Shown here piece after piece: positions 54,001-64,000 of a stretch of 64,000 nt of DNA; position 1 is the stretch's first letter; the number at the start of each line of letters is the position of its first letter. Location: the NCBI GenBank assembly GCA_964016885.1, contig OZ024740.1:409200001-409264000 (forward strand). The letters run 5' to 3'. The stretch comes from Eledone cirrhosa. Lineage: Eukaryota. The notes beneath the pieces were generated by a model that saw only the letters and a program-made list of their open reading frames with translations, ran no database searches and was not told where the DNA came from. The translations under genes were made by a program, and so were the position numbers.

Positions 54001-57000
54001 TGAGCACAACCTTCGATATTTAGTCATCAATCTCATGCATGTGATATCAATACAACTTTCGACAATTAGTCATCGATCTCATACATGTGACATTATCACA
54101 ACTTTCGACATTTAGTCATCAATCTCATGCATGTAATATCAACACAACTTTCTATATTTAATCCTCAATCTCATGCATGTGATATCAACATAACCTTCGA
54201 TATTTAGTCATCAATCTCATGCATGTGATATGAGCAAAACTTTCGACATATAGTCATCGATCTCATGCATGTGATATGAGCACAACCTTCGATATTTAGT
54301 CAACAATCTCATGCATGTGATATGAGCACAACTTTCGACATTTAGTCATCGATCTCATACATGTGATATGATCAGAACTTTAGACATTTAGTCATCAATC
54401 TCATGCATGTGATATCAACACAACTTTCGATATTTAGTCATCAATCTCATGCATGTGATATGAGCACAACCTTCGACATTTAATCATCGATCACATGCAT
54501 GTGATATCAACACAACTTTCGACATTTAGTCATCGATCTCATGCATGTGATATGAGCACAACCTTCGATATTTAGTCATCGATCTCATGCATGTGATATG
54601 AGCACAATTTTCGATATTTAGTCATCGATCTCATGCATGTGATATCAACACAACCTTCGACATTTAGTCATCGATCTCATGCATGTGACATCATCACAAC
54701 TTTCGACATTTAGTCATCGATCTTATACATGTGATATGATCAGAACTTTCGACATTTAGTCATCAATCTCAAGCATGTGATATCAACAGAACTTTCGATA
54801 TTTAGTCATCAATCTCATGCATGTGATATGAGCACAACCTTCGACAATTAGTCATCGATCACATGCATGTGATATCAACACAACTTTCGACATTTAGTCA
54901 TCGATCTCATGCATGTGATATGAGTACAACTTTCGATATTTAGTCATCGATCTCATGTATGTGATATCAATACAACTTTCGACAATTAGTCATCGATCTC
55001 ATGCATGTGATATTAACACCACTTTCGACATATAGTCATCAATCTCATGCTTGTGATATGAGCACAACTTTCGATATTTAGTCAACAATTTCATGCATGT
55101 GATATGAGCGCAACTTTCGACATTTAGTCATCCATATCATGCATGTGATATCAACACAACTTTCGATATTTAGTCATCAATCTCATGCATGTGATATGAG
55201 CACAACTTTCGACATTTAGTCATCGATCTTATGCATGTGATATCAACACAACTTTCGATATTTACTCATCAATCTCATGCATGTGATATCAATACAACGT
55301 TCGACATTTAGTTATCAATCTCATGCATGTGATATCAACACAACTTTCGATATTTAGTCATCGAACTCATGTATGTGATATGACCACAACTTTCGACATT
55401 TAGTCATCGATCTCATGCATTTGATATGACCACAACTTTCGACATTTAGTCATCGATCTTATACATGTGATATGATCAGAACTTTCGACATTTAGTCATC
55501 AATCTCATGCATGTGATATCAACAGAACTTTCGATATTTAGTCATCAATCTCATGCATGTGATATGAGCACAACCTTCGACAATTAGTCATCGATCACAT
55601 GCATGTGATATCAACACAACTTTCGACATTTAGTCATCAATCTCATGCATGTGATATGAGCACAACTTTCGATATTTAGTCATCGATCTCATGCATGTGA
55701 TATGAGCACAACTTTCGATATTTAGTCATCGATCTCATGCATGTGATATCAATACAACTTTCGACAATTAGTCATCGATCTCATGCATGTGATATCAACA
55801 CAACCTTCGACATTTAGTCATCGATCTCATGCATGTGACATCATCACAACTTTCGACATTTAGTCATCAATCTCATGCATGTAATATCAACACAACGTTC
55901 GACATTTAGTCATCAATCTCATGCATGTGATATCAACACAACTTTCGATATTTAGTCATCGATCTCATGCATGTGATATGTGCACAACTTTCGATATTTA
56001 GTCATCAATCTCATGCATGTCATATGAGCACAACGTTCGACATTTAGTCATCGATCTCATGCATGTGATATCAACACAACCTTCGACATTTAGTCATCGA
56101 TCTCATGCATGTGATATTAACACCACTTTCGACATATAGTCATAAATCTCATGCTTGTGATATGAGCACAACCTTCGACATTTAATCATCGATCACATGC
56201 ATGTGATATCAACACAACTTTCGACATTTAGTCATCGATCTCATGCATGTGATCTGAGCACAACCTTCGACATTTAGTCATCGATCTCATGCATGTGACA
56301 TCATCACAACTTTCGACATTTAGTCATCGATCTTATACATGTGATATGATCAGAACTTTCGACATTTAGTCATCAATCTCAAGCATGTGATATCAACAGA
56401 ACTTTCGATATTTAGTCATCAATCTCATGCATGTGATATGAGCACAACTTTCGACAATTAGTCATCGATCTCATGCATGTGATATCAACACAACCTTCGA
56501 CATTTAGTCATCGATCTCATGCATGTGACATCATCACAACTTTCGACATTTAGTCATCAATCTCATGCATGTAATATCAACACAACGTTCAACATTTTGT
56601 CATCAATCTCATGCATGTGATATCAAAACAACTTTCTATATTTAGTCATCGATCTCATGCATGTGATATGTGCACAACTTTCGATATTTAGTCATCAATC
56701 TCATGCATGTCATATGAGCACAACGTTCGACATTTAGTCATCGATCTCATGCATGTGATATCAACACAACCTTCGACATTTAGTCATCGATCTCATGCAT
56801 GTGATATTAACACAACCTTCGACATATAGTCATAAATCTCATGCTTGTGATATGAGCACAACCTTCGACATTTAATCATCGATCACATGCATGTGATATC
56901 AACACAACTTTCGACATTTAGTCATCGATCTCATGCATGTGATATGAGCACAACCTTCGATATTTAGTCATCGATCTCATGCATGTGATATGAGCACAAC

Positions 57001-60000
57001 TTTCGATATTTAGTCATCGATCTCATGCATGTGATATCAATACAACTTTCGACAATTAGTCATCGATCTAATGCATGTGATATCAACACAACCTTCGACA
57101 TTTAGTCATCGATCTCATGCATGTGACATCATCACAACTTTCGACATTTAGTCATCGATCTTATACATGTGATATGATCAGAACTTTCGACATTTAGTCA
57201 TCAATCTCAAGCATGTGATATCAACAGAACTTTCGATATTTAGTCATCAATCTCATGCATGTGATATGAGCACAACTTTCGACAATTAGTCATCGATCTC
57301 ATGCATGTGATATCAACACAACCTTCGACATTTAGTCATCGATCTCATGCATGTGACATCATCACAACTTTCGACATTTAGTCATCAATCTCATGCATGT
57401 AATATCAACACAACGTTCGACATTTAGTCATCAATCTCATGCATGTGATATCAACACAACTTTCTATATTTAGTCATCGATCTCATGCATGTGATATGTG
57501 CACAACTTTCGATATTTAGTCATCAATCTCATGCATGTCATATGAGCACAACGTTCGACATTTAGTCATCGATCTCATACATGTGATATCAACACAACCT
57601 TCGACATTTAGTCATCGATCTCATGCATGTGATATTAACACAACTTTCGACATATAGTCATAAATCTCATGCTTGTGATATGAGCACAACCTTCGACATT
57701 TAATCATCGATCACATGCATGTGATATCAACACAACTTTCGACATTTAGTCATCGATCTCATGCATGTGATATGAGCACAACCTTCGATATTTAGTCATC
57801 GATCTCATGCATGTGATATGAGCACAACTTTCGATATTTAGTCATCGATCTCATGCATGTGATATCAATACAACTTTCGACAATTAGTCATCGATCTCAT
57901 GCATGTGATATCAACACAACCTTCGACATTTAGTCATCGATCTCATGCATGTGACATCATCACAACTTTCGACATTTAGTCATCGATCTTATACATGTGA
58001 TATGATCAGAACTTTCGACATTTAGTCATCAATCTCAAGCATGTGATATCAACAGAACTTTCGATATTTAGTCATCAATCTCATGCATGTGATATGAGCA
58101 CAACCTTCGACATTTAGTCATCGATCACATGCATGTGATATCAACACAACTTTCGACATTTAGTCATCGATCTCATGCATGTGATATGAGTACAACTTTC
58201 GATATTTAGTCATCGATCTCATGTATGTGATATCAATACAACTTTCGACAATTAGTCATCGATCTCATGCATGTGATATCAACACAACCTTCGACATTTA
58301 GTCATCGATCTCATGCATGTGATATTAACACAACTTTCGACATATAGTCATCAATCTCATGCTTGTGATAAGAGCGCAACTTTCGACATTTAGTCATCGA
58401 TCTCATGCATGTGATATCAACACAACTTTCGATATTTAGTCATCAATCTCATGCATGTGATATGAGCACAACTTTCGACATTTAGTCATCGATCTTATGC
58501 ATGTGATATCAACACAACTTTCGATATTTACTCATCAATCTCATGCATGTGATATCAATACAACGTTCGACATTTAGTCATCAATCTCATGCATGTGATA
58601 TCAACACAACTTTCGATATTTAGTCATCCATATCATGCATGTGATATCAACACAACTTTCGATATTTAGTCATCAATCTCATGCATGTGATATGAGCACA
58701 ACTTTCGACATTTAGTCATCGATCTTATGCATGTGATATCAACACAACTTTCGATATTTACTCATCAATCTCATGCATGTGATATCAATACAACGTTCGA
58801 CATTTAGTCATCAATCTCATGCATGTGATATCAACACAACTTTCGATATTTAGTCATCGAACTCATGTATGTGATATGACCACAACTTTCGACATTTAGT
58901 CATCGATCTCATGCATTTGATATGACCACAACTTTCGACATTTAGTCATCGATCTTATACATGTGATATGATCAGAACTTTCGACATTTAGTCATCAATC
59001 TCATGCATGTGATATCAACAGAACTTTCGATATTTAGTCATCAATCTCATGCATGTGATATGAGCACAACCTTCGACAATTAGTCATCGATCACATGCAT
59101 GTGATATCAACACAACTTTCGACATTTAGTCATCGATCACATGCATGTGATATCAACACAACTTTCGACATTTAGTCATCGATCTCATGCATGTGATATG
59201 AGCACAACTTTCGATATTTAGTCATCGATCTCATGCATGTGATATGAGCACAACTTTCGATATTTAGTCATCGATCTCATGCATGTGATATCAATACAAC
59301 TTTCGACAATTAGTCATCGATCTCATGCATGTGATATCAACACAACCTTCGACATTTAGTCATCGATCTCATGCATGTGACATCATCACAACTTTCGACA
59401 TTTAGTCATCAATCTCATGCATGTAATATCAACACAACGTTCGACATTTAGTCATCAATCTCATGCATGTGATATCAACACAACTTTCTATATATAGTCA
59501 TCGATCTCATGCATGTGATATGTGCACAACTTTCGATATTTAGTCATCAATCTCATGCATGTCATATGAGCACAACGTTCGACATTTAGTCATCGATCTC
59601 ATGCATGTGATATCAATACAACCTTCGACATTTAGTCATCGATCTCATGCATGTGATATTAACACAACTTTCGACATATAGTCATCAATCTCATGCTTGT
59701 GATAAGAGCGCAACTTTCGACATTTAGTCATCGATCTCATGCATGTGATATCAACACAACTTTCGATATTTAGTCATCAATCTCATGCATGTGATATGAG
59801 CACAACTTTCGACATTTAGTCATCGATCTTATGCATGTGATATCAACACAACTTTCGATATTTACTCATCAATCTCATGCATGTGATATCAATACAACGT
59901 TCGACATTTAGTCATCAATCTCATGCATGTGATATCAACACAACTTTCGATATTTAGTCATCCATATCATGCATGTGATATCAACACAACTTTCGATATT

Positions 60001-63000
60001 TAGTCATCAATCTCATGCATGTGATATGAGCACAACTTTCGACATTTAGTCATCGATCTTATGCATGTGATATCAACACAACTTTCGATATTTACTCATC
60101 AATCTCATGCATGTGATATCAATACAACGTTCGACATTTAGTCATCAATCTCATGCATGTGATATCAACACAACTTTCGATATTTAGTCATCGAACTCAT
60201 GTATGTGATATGACCACAACTTTCGACATTTAGTCATCGATCTCATGCATTTGATATGACCACAACTTTCGACATTTAGTCATCGATCTTATACATGTGA
60301 TATGATCAGAACTTTCGACATTTAGTCATCAATCTCATGCATGTGATATCAACAGAACTTTCGATATTTAGTCATCAATCTCATGCATGTGATATGAGCA
60401 CAACCTTCGACAATTAGTCATCGATCACATGCATGTGATATCAACACAACTTTCGACATTTAGTCATCGATCACATGCATGTGATATCAACACAACTTTC
60501 GACATTTAGTCATCGATCTCATGCATGTGATATGAGCACAACTTTCGATATTTAGTCATCGATCTCATGCATGTGATATGAGCACAACTTTCGATATTTA
60601 GTCATCGATCTCATGCATGTGATATCAATACAACTTTCGACAATTAGTCATCGATCTCATGCATGTGATATCAACACAACCTTCGACATTTAGTCATCGA
60701 TCTCATGCATGTGACATCATCACAACTTTCGACATTTAGTCATCAATCTCATGCATGTAATATCAACACAACGTTCGACATTTAGTCATCAATCTCATGC
60801 ATGTGATATCAACACAACTTTCTATATATAGTCATCGATCTCATGCATGTGATATGTGCACAACTTTCGATATTTAGTCATCAATCTCATGCATGTCATA
60901 TGAGCACAACGTTCGACATTTAGTCATCGATCTCATGCATGTGATATCAACACAACCTTCGACATTTAGTCATCGATCTCATGCATGTGATATTAACACA
61001 ACTTTCGACATATAGTCATAAATCTCATGCTTGTGATAAGAGCGCAACTTTCGACATTTAGTCATCGATCTCATGCATGTGATATCAACACAACTTTCGA
61101 TATTTAGTCATCAATCTCATGCATGTGATATGAGCACAACTTTCGACATTTAGTCATCGATATTATGCATGTGATATCAACACAACTTTCGATATTTACT
61201 CATCAATCTCATGCATGTGATATCAATACAACGTTCGACATTTAGTCATCAATCTCATGCATGTGATATCAACACAACTTTCGATATTTAGTCATCGAAC
61301 TCATGTATGTGATATGACCACAACTTTCGACATTTAGTCATCGATCTCATGCATTTGATATGACCACAACTTTCGACATTTAGTCATCGATCTTATACAT
61401 GTGATATGATCAGAACTTTCGACATTTAGTCATCAATCTCATGCATGTGATATCAACAGAACTTTCGATATTTAGTCATCAATCTCATGCATGTGATATG
61501 AGCACAACCTTCGACATTAAGTCATCGATCACATGCATGTGATATCAACACAACTTTCGACATTTAGTCATCGATCACATGCATGTGATATCAACACAAC
61601 TTTCGACATTTAGTCATCGATCTCATGCATGTGATATGAGCACAACTTTCGATATTTAGTCATCGATCTCATGCATGTGATATCAATACAACTTTCGACA
61701 ATTAGTCATCGATCTCATGCATGTGATATCAACACAACCTTCGACATTTAGTCATCGATCTCATGCATGTGACATCATCACAACTTTCGACATTTAGTCA
61801 TCAATCTCATGCATGTAATATCAACACAACGTTCGACATTTAGTCATCAATCTCATGCATGTGATATCAACACAACTTTCTATATTTAGTCATCGATCTC
61901 ATGCATGTGATATGTGCACAACTTTCTATATTTAGTCATCAATCTCATGCATGTCATATGAGCACAACGTTCGACATTTAGTCATCGATCTCATGCATGT
62001 GATATCAACACAACCTTCGACATTTAGTCATCGATCTCATGCATGTGATATTAACACAACTTTCGACATATAGTCATCAATCTCATGCTTGTGATAAGAG
62101 CGCAACTTTCGACATTTAGTCATCGATCTCATGCATGTGATATCAACACAACTTTCGATATTTAGTCATCAATCTCATGCATGTGATATGAGCACAACTT
62201 TCGACATTTAGTCATCGATCTTATGCATGTGATATCAACACAACTTTCGATATTTACTCATCAATCTCATGTATGTGATATGACCACAACTTTCGACATT
62301 TAGTCATCAATCTCATGCATGTAATATCAACACAACGTTCGACATTTAGTCATCAATCTCATGCATGTGATATCAACACAACTTTCGATATTTAGTCATC
62401 GATCTCATGCATGTGATATGTGCACAACTTTCGATATTTAGTCATCAATCTCATGCATGTCATATGAGCACAACGTTCGACATTTAGTCATCGATCTCAT
62501 GCATGTGATATCAACACAACCTTCGACATTTAGTCATCGATCTCATGCATGTGATATTAACACCACTTTCGACATATAGTCATAAATCTCATGCTTGTGA
62601 TATGAGCACAACCTTCGACATTTAATCATCGATCACATGCATGTGATATCAACACAACTTTCGACATTTAGTCATCGATCTCATGCATGTGATCTGAGCA
62701 CAACCTTCGACATTTAGTCATCGATCTCATGCATGTGACATCATCACAACTTTCGACATTTAGTCATCGATCTTATACATGTGATATGATCAGAACTTTC
62801 GACATTTAGTCATCAATCTCAAGCATGTGATATCAACAGAACTTTCGATATTTAGTCATCAATCTCATGCATGTGATATGAGCACAACTTTCGACAATTA
62901 GTCATCGATCTCATGCATGTGATATCAACACAACCTTCGACATTTAGTCATCGATCTCATGCATGTGACATCATCACAACTTTCGACATTTAGTCATCAA

Positions 63001-64000
63001 TCTCATGCATGTAATATCAACACAACGTTCAACATTTTGTCATCAATCTCATGCATGTGATATCAAAACAACTTTCTATATTTAGTCATCGATCTCATGC
63101 ATGTGATATGTGCACAACTTTCGATATTTAGTCATCAATCTCATGCATGTCATATGAGCACAACGTTCGACATTTAGTCATCGATCTCATGCATGTGATA
63201 TCAACACAACCTTCGACATTTAGTCATCGATCTCATGCATGTGATATTAACACAACCTTCGACATATAGTCATAAATCTCATGCTTGTGATATGAGCACA
63301 ACCTTCGACATTTAATCATCGATCACATGCATGTGATATCAACACAACTTTCGACATTTAGTCATCGATCTCATGCATGTGATATGAGCACAACCTTCGA
63401 TATTTAGTCATCGATCTCATGCATGTGATATGAGCACAACTTTCGATATTTAGTCATCGATCTCATGCATGTGATATCAATACAACTTTCGACAATTAGT
63501 CATCGATCTAATGCATGTGATATCAACACAACCTTCGACATTTAGTCATCGATCTCATGCATGTGACATCATCACAACTTTCGACATTTAGTCATCGATC
63601 TTATACATGTGATATGATCAGAACTTTCGACATTTAGTCATCAATCTCAAGCATGTGATATCAACAGAACTTTCGATATTTAGTCATCAATCTCATGCAT
63701 GTGATATGAGCACAACTTTCGACAATTAGTCATCGATCTCATGCATGTGATATCAACACAACCTTCGACATTTAGTCATCGATCTCATGCATGTGACATC
63801 ATCACAACTTTCGACATTTAGTCATCAATCTCATGCATGTAATATCAACACAACGTTCGACATTTAGTCATCAATCTCATGCATGTGATATCAACACAAC
63901 TTTCTATATTTAGTCATCGATCTCATGCATGTGATATGTGCACAACTTTCGATATTTAGTCATCAATCTCATGCATGTCATATGAGCACAACGTTCGACA
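21074..64000. repeat. 46-bp satellite DNA array, ~930 monomers, running off the window end
   Basis: Consensus TTTAGTCATCRATCTCATGCATGTGATATSARCACAACTTTCGAYA; 46-bp period (e.g. 21111 to 21157); single orientation throughout. Confidence 0.99.

Noticed and set aside
21074-64000. CRISPR-like array, or the short ORFs within the 46-bp repeat
   Set aside because: Units are contiguous with no unique spacers and there are no cas genes. The period of 46 is not a multiple of 3, and the ORFs arise only where variants remove the TAG/TGA stops.

Overview
Gene-free, repeat-dense eukaryotic DNA. The tRNA/CORE-type SINEs resemble those of octopod cephalopods (inference, not a database result). About 1-4 kb is a cluster of Penelope-like (PLE) derivatives nested in (TA)n tracts: three intact-looking type I hammerhead ribozyme motifs (one also present as an inverted copy), a decayed GIY-YIG endonuclease ORF, and several one-ended fold-back palindromes, three of which carry only the 3' half of a hammerhead. 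About 5.9-12.6 kb is a near full-length, disrupted Tx1/L1-clade LINE followed head-to-tail by a 5'-truncated relative. About 13-21 kb holds SINEs, an RTE fragment, MITEs and minisatellites. From 21,074 to the window end is a ~43-kb array of a 46-bp satellite (~930 monomers) with nested block duplications, and a CRE-clade retrotransposon fragment sits in its edge. No host protein-coding gene, rRNA, true tRNA or CRISPR array is supported.
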